Shown here: positions 29,319-39,927 of the stretch, piece after piece
Layout: every line of letters begins with the position of its first letter
Numbering within the stretch: position 1 is the first letter of the stretch
Source: Ignavibacteriota bacterium
GTDB lineage: Bacteria > Bacteroidota > Ignavibacteria > Palsa-1295
Length of the DNA stretch: 64,000 nt
Reading direction: 5' to 3'
NCBI GenBank assembly: GCA_963787835.1
Contig: CAWBEI010000003.1
Coordinates: forward strand, 256,001-320,000
Made by a program: the position numbers and the translations under genes
Notes under the pieces: model-generated
The model's input: only the letters and a program-made list of their open reading frames with translations
The model's database searches: none
Told to the model about the DNA's origin: nothing

Positions 29319-29834
29319 TTAATCGCCAGTTAGTGATGATTTTGGCAGAGCCACATAGTCATCCGTCGATTTTACGATGGAATCGACATATTCCATCATA
29401 CCTTTCAGTTCATAGCTTGCTGGCTGAAGACTATCAGTCGAGCCGAACCAATGGACGGTCTTATCCAGCGTATCATTCCAGATTCGCAGAAAGTGCGGCT
29501 GACCGGCTCTCGTGTTCCCTGCATGATAGAAGGTATCCGGCATTTGGTAGAAATGCAGCACGACAGCCTTATTGAGAATAAGAAGTTGCTGTCCGGGATC
29601 GAGCGTACACCGCGTTTCGGCATAATGCCCGGTTTCGATCTCCTTTTTATAAAACCGGTCGTACGAGTTGAACTCGTTCCTGCCCGGATATACATAATGC
29701 ACATCCACATGAAAGTGTGCAGGAATCACAGAAGGAATTGGGGACTTGAAATTGATAATGCAGCCACTTAGGGCTATTGCGGTTAGGCAGACTAAAAGTT
29801 TAGGATTCACGATACTTGGATTATTGGGCCCCAA
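29319..29834 (-). CDS. Hypothetical lipoprotein
   Basis: Lipobox LSG-C; the start may be slightly downstream. Confidence 0.65.
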   Translation of the reverse strand: MGPNNPSIVNPKLLVCLTAIALSGCIINFKSPIPSVIPAHFHVDVHYVYPGRNEFNSYDRFYKKEIETGHYAETRCTLDPGQQLLILNKAVVLHFYQMPDTFYHAGNTRAGQPHFLRIWNDTLDKTVHWFGSTDSLQPASYELKGMMEYVDSIVKSTDDYVALPKSSLTGD

Positions 29835-29845
29835 TTGGCGGATCT

Positions 29846-30112
29846 CTAATAGACTGTGTCGTGAGGACCAATGTTTTCTAATTCGGCAACTCCCGGTTTT
29901 GGAAAATAAAAAATAACGCGCAGGTCGTGGTTCAAGCTAAATGCGCATGAATCCTTTAGTTTGCCGCCTAATTTGTGGGTCTTAAGAGACCGATCATAGG
30001 GATTCTTAAGAAAGATCGCTAATTTTTCTCGAAAGAGTAATTCGAGAGACGGGTTCCCTCGAACAAGCCGATTATATGCGCGAACAAACGAGGAACTGCG
30101 TACAAGTTCCAT
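29846..30112 (-). CDS. Type II TA toxin, RelE/StbE/YafQ family
   Basis: SSSFVRAY, LKTHKLGGKL, DLRVIF and IGPHDTVY. Confidence 0.88.
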   Translation of the reverse strand: MELVRSSSFVRAYNRLVRGNPSLELLFREKLAIFLKNPYDRSLKTHKLGGKLKDSCAFSLNHDLRVIFYFPKPGVAELENIGPHDTVY

Positions 30113-30327
30113 CAGACTTCATCGAGGCTGCGGATGAACGCATCGAGGTCTGACGTTGGCTGGAGTGAGCCTTGTTCCCACTCGGCAACACTTTCCAAAT
30201 GTTCCATGTAAAGACGATCTCGCTCCGCCTCGATCAACTCCCGATCCAAAACATGTTTTAATTCTTCCATCTCTTCGACCGGCCGGTGCCGGGCTTCTTC
30301 CACTAGATCCATGAATGTCATACTCAT
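30112..30327 (-). CDS. Putative antitoxin
   Basis: 71-aa acidic ORF directly upstream of, and translationally coupled to, the toxin. Confidence 0.75.
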   Translation of the reverse strand: MSMTFMDLVEEARHRPVEEMEELKHVLDRELIEAERDRLYMEHLESVAEWEQGSLQPTSDLDAFIRSLDEV

Positions 30328-30398
30328 AATGTCCCTCTAAAAAAAAGAACCAACCATAAGGGTAAGAGAGTTCGTTTCTCTTGAAAACGATCCTTTAG

Positions 30399-31700
30399 GT
30401 GAGCGTGGTTTCATTTCGGTACTTACAAACTATTTTGAAGTCTATCATTTTCGCACCCTTTCTCTTCTGCCTCGCGCTTAACGCACGAGCACAGCAAACC
30501 CAGCAGGCCGATAGCATTATTACATCGCCGTGGGTGCAAGTTCATACGCCATCACCAATAGGTGCGGGCCTTCTCTATTTGTCCCCCGATTCGACGTGGG
30601 CGACTGGAGGTAATGGAGGTGTTGCCGAACTCCAACTTTCAACCGACGAAGGAGCGAGTTGGCAGTTTATTCATCGCAACCCGCCGGGTGGCTTAGTGGC
30701 CATGCGAAATGCACACGAAGGTATTACACCGACGTATCAGCAAGGGTATGTTTATAAAACGTATAATGCTTGGCAAACATGGGATAGCGTCCCAAACCCA
30801 CTGACAATTGCAAGTATGGTTTATATCTTCGATTCACTCCATGTTTTTCTTGGGGGAGGCGTAAGTGGTAATGAACTTGAGCGATCCTCTGACGGAGGCA
30901 AAACATGGAATCATGTTTTTATCGGATTTTTCGATGCAATGGGAATGGCTGATGATCTCGTGGGATATGCTGTTGGGCCTGTGCAGCAAGGACCGAAACA
31001 AGGCGACCAAGGAGTTGGGGCATTTAAGACCACCGATGGCGGCGGTTCATGGATTCAGCTATATCCCGGTGATTCTATCGTTGGAATTTATGACGCATAC
31101 GATGTAGCTGTTGTCAATGAAAACACAGCCGTCATGGTTGGGGACAATGAACTCATAGCACGAACCACGGATGGTGGAAACACATGGCGGCAAATTCCTC
31201 CGCCTGATGCAAGAGGAGACATCTTCGAAGGGATCGCAATCAAAGGTGCCATTGGCTATATTTCCGGAGATTATGGTCTCATTCTGCGTACGACGGATAC
31301 GGGTAATACCTGGACCGTTGATGCAAACTACATTCGCCCGGGAGCAGAGGTCGGCAAGCCCTTCATGTATGGAGATTCCCTTGCAGCAATCACTGCCGAT
31401 AGTGGAATTATTTTGATTCGGAATGGGAGTTTAGCAAGCGTTTCTATACCACGATCCGATTTATTATCCATCTCAGTTTTTCCTAACCCGGCTCAGGATG
31501 AGATCACGGTTCAGCTATCGGGGAATGTGCAGCCGGAGATTGAGATGTTCGATGCGTTGGGGAGGGCTCAGGACGTGCACAGCACGTCCCTACACAATGG
31601 GATTTCGCTCGATGTGGCGGGTGTCCCATCGGGAATCTATTTTGTGCGGATGTCGGTGGGAGGGTATGTGCAGTCTCGGAGTGTGGTGATCCAGCGGTAA
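30399..31700 (+). CDS. YCF48/BNR-repeat protein with T9SS CTD
   Basis: Repeated S/T-x-DGG-x-T/S-W Asp-boxes; CTD VFPNP...SGIYFVR...VVIQR. Confidence 0.88.
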   Translation: MSVVSFRYLQTILKSIIFAPFLFCLALNARAQQTQQADSIITSPWVQVHTPSPIGAGLLYLSPDSTWATGGNGGVAELQLSTDEGASWQFIHRNPPGGLVAMRNAHEGITPTYQQGYVYKTYNAWQTWDSVPNPLTIASMVYIFDSLHVFLGGGVSGNELERSSDGGKTWNHVFIGFFDAMGMADDLVGYAVGPVQQGPKQGDQGVGAFKTTDGGGSWIQLYPGDSIVGIYDAYDVAVVNENTAVMVGDNELIARTTDGGNTWRQIPPPDARGDIFEGIAIKGAIGYISGDYGLILRTTDTGNTWTVDANYIRPGAEVGKPFMYGDSLAAITADSGIILIRNGSLASVSIPRSDLLSISVFPNPAQDEITVQLSGNVQPEIEMFDALGRAQDVHSTSLHNGISLDVAGVPSGIYFVRMSVGGYVQSRSVVIQR

Positions 31701-31713
31701 GGTTACCGCATCA

Positions 31714-32673
31714 TTAGTTATTCGAAGCTTCGGAGTCTCCGGCTGGCGGCATGGGCTTCATCGGCTCAAAGCGGCCACGTGTGGCATTATACTTCCATGA
31801 GAGACATGGGCGAACAGGACGGATCATGCCAAGACTAAATTCCTCGTCGCTGGCGGTGAGCACAACTTCCTTCGCCTGCTGCTTGCTCGCCGTTGGGGAA
31901 CTATCGCCGCTGACGCGCAGGGAAATATCCTGACCGTACAATGTTCGAAACGGGAAATGAGCCTGCGCGCGAAGCCACGGCAGCGATGGAGTCAGGTCGT
32001 GCAATAAAAGACCCTCCGAAGCATTCCGGAACGTAAACACACTGGCAAGACCGAACTCCCCTTCTGCGCCACCCTCCTGAAACAGAACAATCTCGCGCTC
32101 ATGAGTTGGTACCGTTAAAAAATGCAGGTCGCCGGAACTTCCTTCCCACGGCCTGGAGCGCCACACCTGGTTGGGGCCGTCGGGTTCCATCCGATAAATG
32201 GCAAGCTCGTTCACCGGCTCACCCCACTGCGCTGAATATCCTGCAAGGATAAATTTTACCCCTTCTTGAGAAATGACCTGATACGTTACTGTTCTCAACC
32301 GGGTGGGTTTTCCTTCCATTGCGCTTTTGGAGGTATGAGCATACCGCTTCATTAGCCGCGCAGGAAATACGTGCGCCAGAAACCGTTCGATGCGGTGGTA
32401 GCCACGCTGAGAAATGGTCACTCCCGGTGAATCTAAACGATCGAAGTCTATGACTTGTGCGAGGGCCAGCTTTGGCGAACCCGTCACTGCCATCATAAGC
32501 AACACGGCGAGAAAAAACAATTTCCGAATGCCTCGCTTCGAATAATTCATAGCCTTAAAATACGTATTTTTCAGGGCCAATGCAAGTGCTTTTCGGAAAT
32601 TCTTCGTTTTCGGGCTATTTACGGCATATTTATGTTGAAAATCGTAATGCAGATCCGCCTTTTTCATGGTCAT
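31714..32673 (-). CDS. Hypothetical exported protein
   Basis: Long ORF with an internal signal-peptide-like segment (LFFLAVLLMMAV...ALA-Q); the true start is probably near MNYSKRG. Confidence 0.65.
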   Translation of the reverse strand: MTMKKADLHYDFQHKYAVNSPKTKNFRKALALALKNTYFKAMNYSKRGIRKLFFLAVLLMMAVTGSPKLALAQVIDFDRLDSPGVTISQRGYHRIERFLAHVFPARLMKRYAHTSKSAMEGKPTRLRTVTYQVISQEGVKFILAGYSAQWGEPVNELAIYRMEPDGPNQVWRSRPWEGSSGDLHFLTVPTHEREIVLFQEGGAEGEFGLASVFTFRNASEGLLLHDLTPSLPWLRAQAHFPFRTLYGQDISLRVSGDSSPTASKQQAKEVVLTASDEEFSLGMIRPVRPCLSWKYNATRGRFEPMKPMPPAGDSEASNN

Positions 32674-32976
32674 TGCTGAACCCCTTTGATTTCAGGGAAG
32701 CTCGGCGAAACTCTTTCCCATTCCTGACGTTTGCTCCAATGCCACGGATGCAGTTCTCTATAATGCTTGTGGCTCTCTTCAACATTTAACAACCGCGAAC
32801 CTATCGACGATTTCTACGATTTCTGAGACACCAGCGAGGTGATTGTCATCTAAGAAGGGTGCCCATTCATCCGCGGCCAAACGATTATTTGGTCAATAAA
32901 CAGGTCGTTCCTCGTTACACTGCGTGATCCGTAGCGTATTAAGAGGTGTATGTCATATATTCGGAAATAGAAGTCG

Positions 32977-35900
32977 ATGCGGAACTACATCAATTACCGT
33001 TTTAATCCGGAAGCGCTCTTCGAGCGTCCAAGCATTATGCCTGGACTTTATCGTAGAAACATCTTCCTGCTTCTTTTCGCCTTTTCGTTCGTATTCTTTG
33101 CCGCAGCAACACCACTGCGCGCGCAACTACGCGCGCAACAGCCCGCTACGTTGAGCTATCAGGTGCTTTCGGTAAAGCCGGAGCAGATCCTGATCCGGAT
33201 CCAGCCGAGCTATACCTCACGCACGGTCACCGATAGCCTGGGCCGCTCACTCACGGAAATGACGATCCCGGATGGCATCGTCACGGATTCCACCGGCGCG
33301 CCGGAGATCCAGCGCATTGCCCTTTCACTGCTTGCGCCAAGCCGCCGGCAAGCAACCGTTGAGATCGTAAGCCAGGCGCTCGAAGTACTTCCGGGCATCG
33401 ATCTCGCGCCGGTTCCCACGTATTTCAAACAAAATGGCGACGTGCTCAAACGGTACGTCATTCACTCCGATAGTTACAATAGCCATACCACCGATGACGT
33501 GTTTAGCGTAGGAGCGGTCAGCCCATTCCGGACCGCTTTCTCGGAACGTATTCTCGTCTCGCCGATCCAATACGATGCAGCAACCCATAGCGTCACGCGT
33601 GTAAAATCGCTTACGTTGCGAATCCGGTTTGCGGATGCATCGAATATCACTTCAACGTCATCCACACAAAGTGGCGTTACGATCTCTCCACAGGAAGCGG
33701 AGTTTTTCCGTACTATTTTCTTGAATGGAAAAATTACAAGTTTTTACACGCGGGCAAGCGCGGAGTGGACGTATGCACTTAAATCTCAAGCCGGGTCATT
33801 TCCAACGACTCAATCTGCTAATGGCTCGAGTAGTCAATGGCTCCAAATTACTGTAAATAGCGAAGGCATCTATCATATTACTGCGCAGGATCTCGCGAAC
33901 AATGGGATAACCGGCACGATCGATCCCAGTTCGATCGAACTGTTCGGTATCGGAGGTGCCATGCTCAACGAGAACACCACGGATTCCACCGGCGATTGGA
34001 TCGAATGCGCGGTCGATGTGCGAACCGACGGTCAGAATTTTTCCGATCTGTATTTTTACGCCAATGGCCCAAGCGTTTGGAAATACGATGGTTCCCTTGG
34101 CGGAACCGATGGCCTCTTCCACAATCTTAATCCCTATTCGGGCGCCGGACATTTCTTATTAAAGATCGGTGGGCCGTTGCTTGCAGGTGGGCTTCGAGTA
34201 GTAACGCAAGCTGACTCACTCACTCAAGCGCCTGTTGCAGAAGCCACGGTACTCACCTCAACGTGTCATGAAGTGGATCGCACCATGGAAGATGGAAACA
34301 TCGGCCGCGAAATGCTTGATCAGGGTTTAACGCAGGGCATACCTATACAGGTTACCTTGGATGCACCAGGCTACACCGGCGATTCCTCCGTTATACGCGT
34401 GGCCTATGATGCTCAGATAAGTTCCGACTACGCGGGATCTCTCGCGGTACAGATCAATAACCAGAATGTGGGAACAATCCCCTCTCGTGTCGGTAACTCT
34501 CCCGACCGCAATTGGGATCACACGCTGGTGCTCGACCCAAGTATCTCAACACCACTCAATCTGGGAATTACATTCACGAGTACCGATGTAGCGGCGAATG
34601 CCTGGCTCGATTTCGTGGAATTAGTGTATCAACAAGGCACGGACATTGGCTCGCAATCGATTCCATTCATGCTGCTCGATAACGGGGGTGCCTATCAATA
34701 TCCGTTTACCAGCGCAGCGGGCGGAGAAGTATGGGATGTGACGAATGCACTTGCTCCACATATCATTACCAGTGCTAATGGGGACAATATGCCGGTTACG
34801 CTGCAAGGCCAGCACGGCGCGATGCGCAGGTTCTTTGCATTCTCTACACAATCGGTGCTTTCCCCGACGATCGCTTCGATCCAAGCTCCAACTCTTCGAA
34901 CCACTATCTGCCAGACGGGCGCGGAGGAGATCATCGTGGCACCGCAAGCATTCCTTACCGAAGCCAATCAACTGGCGGAGCTTCGCAGGCAAGGAGGACA
35001 GGCGACCGAGGCAATGTCTGCCACGGTTGTAACGATCGAAAGCATTTATCAGGAGTTCGGCTACGGCAATAACGATGTGGTTGCCTTGCGGGACTTCATG
35101 GCCTATACCCTACACCATGCAGCGACCCGCCCCAGCTATCTTACCCTCCTTGGCGGCGGCCATTGCGATTATCAAAACCACCAAACCACGGCACCGACCT
35201 GGCTTCCAATCTATGAAGCACAAGCTGATTTGTTGGATCCCGGTCTCTTCCGTACTGGTATCGGTGCTGAACCGTACCCGGATGATTGTTTCTTCGTACA
35301 CCTCACTCCCGGTGAAGGAGCACAGGTGTATGACCTTGCCATTGGCCGCATCTCGGCCCGGAATGAGGCCGATGCCGCCGTTTACGTATCGAAAGTCCGG
35401 GAATACGAACATGCAAGCGATACCGGGGCATGGCGCTCCCTTACAACTTTCCTCGCCGATGATCGGAACGATCCGGAATTCTCACCACCGATCGATCCGC
35501 TCGATCATTTCGGCGATACCCAGAACGAGATCACTCACTTGCAGGACCGCGTACTCGTGCATAAGATCTATGAAGTGAGTTACCCCACCGTCATTTCTTC
35601 TACTGGTCAACGCTTGAAACCCGAGGTCAATACGGCCATTATCAACGCATTCAATTCTGGAACCGTACTGTTTTCATTCGTCGGGCACGGGAACCCTGAA
35701 GTATGGACCCACGAGTCGGTGCTGCTCGTTCCGTCGTCGATCAATCAGCTCACCAATTTTGATCATCTCGCGTATGTGACCACGGCGACCTGCGATTTCA
35801 GCGAGTATGATAATTTTCAGGATTTCTCCGGCGGAGAGCAGTTCATGATGAGCCCGGCTGGCGGTTCGATCGGAATGCTTGGAACTTCACGCTCGGTTAC

Positions 35901-37170
35901 GAGTGGTGAACCGCTCGTCCAATGGTTCTATCAGACCTTATTCAATGCTGACTCCGGCCACGGGACTTCGACGGTTGGCGAGGCGCTGATCGTCGGCAAA
36001 TATTACGGCAGTAACTATTCGCTTTTTTATCTGCTTGGGGATCCAGCACAGCGATTGCTGCTCCCGAAGCTTTATATAAATTTCGACTCCGTGAATGGCG
36101 CTGCGCTCTCGGCCGATACCGTCTCCATTCCATCGCTTTCTCAGGTGCGGATCAGCGGTAGTATCCGGAATGGGAACTCAGGGGATTCCGCAATAGAAAC
36201 CGGATTCAATGGTACAGTTAACGTTACGCTCTTCGATACTCCCACGCTGGAGCAGGCTACCTCGACCTTTCTACCGGATACCTACGAGATCCACGATTCC
36301 TATTACGTCGATGGACCTATTCTTTACCGAGGAACCGCAACGGTCACCAATGGGCAGTTTACGGTCAGTTTTATCGTTCCGCGCGATGTGAAGCTCGATT
36401 CCGGCCTTGCAAAGCTTTCCGGTTACGCGTATTCCGGCTCGGATGCACGAACCGCGCTCGGCGATAACCAGACCATTCACTTGATCAGCTCTTCATCCAC
36501 GCAAACCGCCATTGATACAAACGGCCCGTCGCTCGGTGTTTGGCTTGGCAGCCGTTCTTTCCAGAGTGGAGATGTGGTCTCGATGAATTCGACAGTCATT
36601 GTGGATGTCAATGACATTCTTGGGCTTAATACCTCGACGGCAAGCATCGGGCATAGTTTTATCGGATGGGTCGATGACGCAGAGGATTCCGCGATCGACC
36701 TTGCGAGCACCTACGTATCCAAAGAAAATGACTTCACCTCCGGAACGAGCGAACAAGCGATCTCGCTTCCTGCCGGACATCACACATTACATGTTCGCGC
36801 CTTCGATACATACGACAATGCTACCTTCGCAAGTGTAGATTTTGTCGCAAAGGGCGGAACGCCCTATCAGGTCTATGATGTCTCGGTCGTTCCCGATCCA
36901 ATGCAGGATCACACCGTATTCAGTTTTGTGCAGCCAGGTCAGGCTGGAAGCACCGTCAACGTTACGCTCTCGATCTATACGGTTGCCGGACAACTCGTGC
37001 GAACGCTTACAGCATCATCGAGCGAAAGCGCGATCGAGATCCCGTGGGATGGACGCGATGCCAACGGAAACGCTCTTTCGAATGGCGCATACGTGTTCGT
37101 TGCAAACGTGCAGGACATCACGGATGGGACGAGTGCGGTCGCAACAGGCAAATGTATTGTCGCTCGCTGA
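32977..37170 (+). CDS. porU: Type IX secretion system sortase PorU (C25 peptidase)
   Basis: C25 propeptide-like N-terminus, IYQEFG, LAIGR, FVGHG...TATCDF (His/Cys dyad), LLGDPA, FIVPRD and FlgD-like tail WDGRD; immediately upstream of porV. Start is 32977 or 33037. Confidence 0.92.
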   Translation: MRNYINYRFNPEALFERPSIMPGLYRRNIFLLLFAFSFVFFAAATPLRAQLRAQQPATLSYQVLSVKPEQILIRIQPSYTSRTVTDSLGRSLTEMTIPDGIVTDSTGAPEIQRIALSLLAPSRRQATVEIVSQALEVLPGIDLAPVPTYFKQNGDVLKRYVIHSDSYNSHTTDDVFSVGAVSPFRTAFSERILVSPIQYDAATHSVTRVKSLTLRIRFADASNITSTSSTQSGVTISPQEAEFFRTIFLNGKITSFYTRASAEWTYALKSQAGSFPTTQSANGSSSQWLQITVNSEGIYHITAQDLANNGITGTIDPSSIELFGIGGAMLNENTTDSTGDWIECAVDVRTDGQNFSDLYFYANGPSVWKYDGSLGGTDGLFHNLNPYSGAGHFLLKIGGPLLAGGLRVVTQADSLTQAPVAEATVLTSTCHEVDRTMEDGNIGREMLDQGLTQGIPIQVTLDAPGYTGDSSVIRVAYDAQISSDYAGSLAVQINNQNVGTIPSRVGNSPDRNWDHTLVLDPSISTPLNLGITFTSTDVAANAWLDFVELVYQQGTDIGSQSIPFMLLDNGGAYQYPFTSAAGGEVWDVTNALAPHIITSANGDNMPVTLQGQHGAMRRFFAFSTQSVLSPTIASIQAPTLRTTICQTGAEEIIVAPQAFLTEANQLAELRRQGGQATEAMSATVVTIESIYQEFGYGNNDVVALRDFMAYTLHHAATRPSYLTLLGGGHCDYQNHQTTAPTWLPIYEAQADLLDPGLFRTGIGAEPYPDDCFFVHLTPGEGAQVYDLAIGRISARNEADAAVYVSKVREYEHASDTGAWRSLTTFLADDRNDPEFSPPIDPLDHFGDTQNEITHLQDRVLVHKIYEVSYPTVISSTGQRLKPEVNTAIINAFNSGTVLFSFVGHGNPEVWTHESVLLVPSSINQLTNFDHLAYVTTATCDFSEYDNFQDFSGGEQFMMSPAGGSIGMLGTSRSVTSGEPLVQWFYQTLFNADSGHGTSTVGEALIVGKYYGSNYSLFYLLGDPAQRLLLPKLYINFDSVNGAALSADTVSIPSLSQVRISGSIRNGNSGDSAIETGFNGTVNVTLFDTPTLEQATSTFLPDTYEIHDSYYVDGPILYRGTATVTNGQFTVSFIVPRDVKLDSGLAKLSGYAYSGSDARTALGDNQTIHLISSSSTQTAIDTNGPSLGVWLGSRSFQSGDVVSMNSTVIVDVNDILGLNTSTASIGHSFIGWVDDAEDSAIDLASTYVSKENDFTSGTSEQAISLPAGHHTLHVRAFDTYDNATFASVDFVAKGGTPYQVYDVSVVPDPMQDHTVFSFVQPGQAGSTVNVTLSIYTVAGQLVRTLTASSSESAIEIPWDGRDANGNALSNGAYVFVANVQDITDGTSAVATGKCIVAR

Positions 37171-37215
37171 CCAATTAAAGTTTAATAGAAGTAAGAAAGA
37201 CCCGATAACACGAAT

Positions 37216-38340
37216 ATGAGGATGAATAAAAGAGATCAAAAAAAGAAGATCATGATCGGCACACTGGTGCTTGCGATGTTTGCCCTTGGCTTGCCGAGGA
37301 GTACCCATGCGCAGAGTTCAGGCTTGGCCATTGTTTCCACGGCAGTCCCGTTCCTCTTGATCGCGCCTGACGCCCGCTCGAGCGGCATGGGGGACGTTGG
37401 CACAAGTACGCCAGAAGATGCTGGCGCGATCTATTACAATCCTGCGGGTCTCGCATTTCAAACCGGTACCTCCGTCGCGCTGACCCATTCGCAATGGCTG
37501 CCGCAGTTCAATCAAAGTGATCTGTTCTATGACAACCTGAATTTCAAATGGAATGATAACGATAAGTTCGGTGGTACCATCGGAGCAAGCATCGTATTCT
37601 TGAATCTTGGTCAGTTCATCTATACCACAGAAGCATCGCCCACCCCTATTACCACGTTCAATTCGTTCGAATATGCCATTGATCTGGCATACGCGACAAA
37701 GCTTTCGGAAGACTGGGGATTTGGTGGCAGTTTAAAGTATATTCAATCTACGTTATCCACGCTGCACGTCGCGGGGGAGCAGTCCAATGGCGTCGGAGAA
37801 TCGGTCGCATTCGATCTGAGCGCACTTTGGAAGCCCGACTCCAGTTACGTCGAAGGTATCGCCAATGCGCTTCAGGTAGGATTTATCCTGGCAAACCTCG
37901 GGCCAAAGATCAAGTATGTCGATGCCCTTCAAGCCGATCCACTGCCAACGGTCCTTCGCATCGGTGCATCCTATAAGCTCTATAGCGATGAATATAATGA
38001 GATCACGCTGGCTTCCGATCTTGGAAAATTGTTGGTGCATCAGGCTCCGGGCGCTCTTACGGCCGATCCACTGCCACAATCGCTCATCACGTCGTGGGAT
38101 GATAGCACCACGCATTCATTCATGTCATCGACCGGCATTGAGTATTGGTACGATCAGTTACTGGCACTTCGTATGGGTTATTACACCGAAGGCTCACATG
38201 TTGGTGGCAGAAATTATCTGACCTTTGGCGCCGGCTTACGCTATGACTCCTATCAATTCGATTTTAGTTACATCGATACGTTCGCTCAGGATAATCCGCT
38301 GGCCAACACCCTCCGATTCACGCTCGGTATAAAGTGGTAG
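37216..38340 (+). CDS. porV: T9SS outer membrane protein PorV
   Basis: TAVPFLLIAPDARSSGMGD, NLGPKI, GIEYWY and NPLANTLRFTL. Confidence 0.93.
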   Translation: MRMNKRDQKKKIMIGTLVLAMFALGLPRSTHAQSSGLAIVSTAVPFLLIAPDARSSGMGDVGTSTPEDAGAIYYNPAGLAFQTGTSVALTHSQWLPQFNQSDLFYDNLNFKWNDNDKFGGTIGASIVFLNLGQFIYTTEASPTPITTFNSFEYAIDLAYATKLSEDWGFGGSLKYIQSTLSTLHVAGEQSNGVGESVAFDLSALWKPDSSYVEGIANALQVGFILANLGPKIKYVDALQADPLPTVLRIGASYKLYSDEYNEITLASDLGKLLVHQAPGALTADPLPQSLITSWDDSTTHSFMSSTGIEYWYDQLLALRMGYYTEGSHVGGRNYLTFGAGLRYDSYQFDFSYIDTFAQDNPLANTLRFTLGIKW

Positions 38341-38377
38341 CACGTGCATCGCGTCCCTGAACTATGAACCATGAAGT

Positions 38378-39298
38378 ATGAATGTAATTTCGATTCGGCG
38401 CTCATGTTTGATCGCCTTGTTCCTGCTTCATGGGTGCTGGTTGCTCGTCCCCTTTTCGGCAAAAGCGCAATTTCTTACTCCTGACAAGGCAACAGAGGCA
38501 CACACTTCGCTCAACAATCTCGTCGCAAGCTATGCGATGACGAGCATTCCCGCACCTCCGCGCGATACCGTTCCGATGTTGTTTGCGTCGGACAAAACCA
38601 CCGTTTCTGTACATAAGAGCGTTTTTCTTGCTGCAGCATTATCAGCTATTTTGCCGGGGCTTGGTGAGTACTATGTTGGGGACAACATCTGGCGGGGACT
38701 CGTCTTCACGGGAGTTGAGGCGGGCCTGTGGGTCGGCATGATACGCTGGAACCAACGCTTCAATGATTCCCTCAATGGCTTCTATGCGTTCAGCGACAAA
38801 CACTGGAGCACCACTCGATATGGCGATAGCCTGAATGCAGCCCTTAGCGCATACCATGTTTCCGATTCGTGCAACTGTTATGCGATGGGAAATAATATTG
38901 CTTCCATCAATCGTGCGGAAGCAGCACTCGATAGTATTTTTGCATCGAATCCGTTCGGAGATCCCTACGGACATCGTCTTGTCAACCCAAGCACCGATAA
39001 TCAGCAGTATTACGAAATGATCTCGAAATACCCCGATCCTTACACAGAAGGTTGGGATAATGCTTCAAATTTCAATTTAGCGGGGTTCATGCGCGCCGAT
39101 GCGAACGCGCAAGCCGATGTAGCAAATATCTTTTTGTATGGGATCATCCTGAATCATTTGCTTTCGGCCATCGATGCTGCACTTTTAGCTCGAGACCATA
39201 ATTCACCGGTGAACGTGTTCGGTAATGTCATCCAGCATACGATGCCGGATGGTTCGATGGCCTATTTCCCCACGGCTCATTTCGAATATCGCTTTTGA
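38378..39298 (+). CDS. Hypothetical exported/outer membrane protein (DUF5683-like)
   Basis: KSVFLAAALSAILPGLGEYY, QQYYEMISKY and NHLLSAIDA. Confidence 0.7.
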   Translation: MNVISIRRSCLIALFLLHGCWLLVPFSAKAQFLTPDKATEAHTSLNNLVASYAMTSIPAPPRDTVPMLFASDKTTVSVHKSVFLAAALSAILPGLGEYYVGDNIWRGLVFTGVEAGLWVGMIRWNQRFNDSLNGFYAFSDKHWSTTRYGDSLNAALSAYHVSDSCNCYAMGNNIASINRAEAALDSIFASNPFGDPYGHRLVNPSTDNQQYYEMISKYPDPYTEGWDNASNFNLAGFMRADANAQADVANIFLYGIILNHLLSAIDAALLARDHNSPVNVFGNVIQHTMPDGSMAYFPTAHFEYRF

Positions 39299-39927
39299 GA
39301 GTCTCCCTTTTTCTTTAGATACTTCCAGTTCCGTATCTTCCCTTCGGCCATCCATTCGATCGCTGTCGCGAGCCGCGTCTCTCTTGTGGCTTCTGACTTC
39401 GCATCCGTTAGCCAGTCGATGTATTCCCGCTTGTTAGAGGGGCTGAACGCATCAAAGGTCTTTTGTGCTTTGGAATTTTTCTTTAATGCTTTCGTCAGAT
39501 CCTCTGGCACAACAACATTACTGGGTGCAGACTTTGTTTTGGTAACTTTCGTCCCGGCATCGTTCAGCTTCATGGCCTGACGAATAAAACCAGATAGTAC
39601 CGCTTCGCTGGGAAGATCGCTCATCGAGCGCAATTTCCCAATGCTTCCCATTCCCTCGTTCGTCACAAGAACATGCTGGGGATCCTCGAGCAATGCAGCT
39701 TTCCAAAATCCAAATGCAGCATGTTCTTTAAATGCCGCCATGCTGGCCATCATCTCGCCCTTATAATCGAAGTGCGGAAAACTCCACTTCATTTTTTCTT
39801 CGCAATCCGGACAGACCTCATGCACTAACCGGCGCAGATGTTCAAGTATGGGTCGCGCAAAGGGCGCAGATTTCGCAATATAGGCATCAACAAGCTTATC
39901 CTTCTTTGGCATAACAGACTCTTTCAA
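39277..39927 (-). CDS. YdeI/OmpD-associated (DUF1801) protein
   Basis: VDAYIAKSAPFARPIL, EEKMKWSFPHF and SPSNKREYIDWLTDAK. Confidence 0.9.
   Translation of the reverse strand: MKESVMPKKDKLVDAYIAKSAPFARPILEHLRRLVHEVCPDCEEKMKWSFPHFDYKGEMMASMAAFKEHAAFGFWKAALLEDPQHVLVTNEGMGSIGKLRSMSDLPSEAVLSGFIRQAMKLNDAGTKVTKTKSAPSNVVVPEDLTKALKKNSKAQKTFDAFSPSNKREYIDWLTDAKSEATRETRLATAIEWMAEGKIRNWKYLKKKGDSQKRYSK

Noticed and set aside
32674-32976. Riboswitch or ncRNA upstream of porU
   Set aside because: No convincing stems or known consensus were found by eye.
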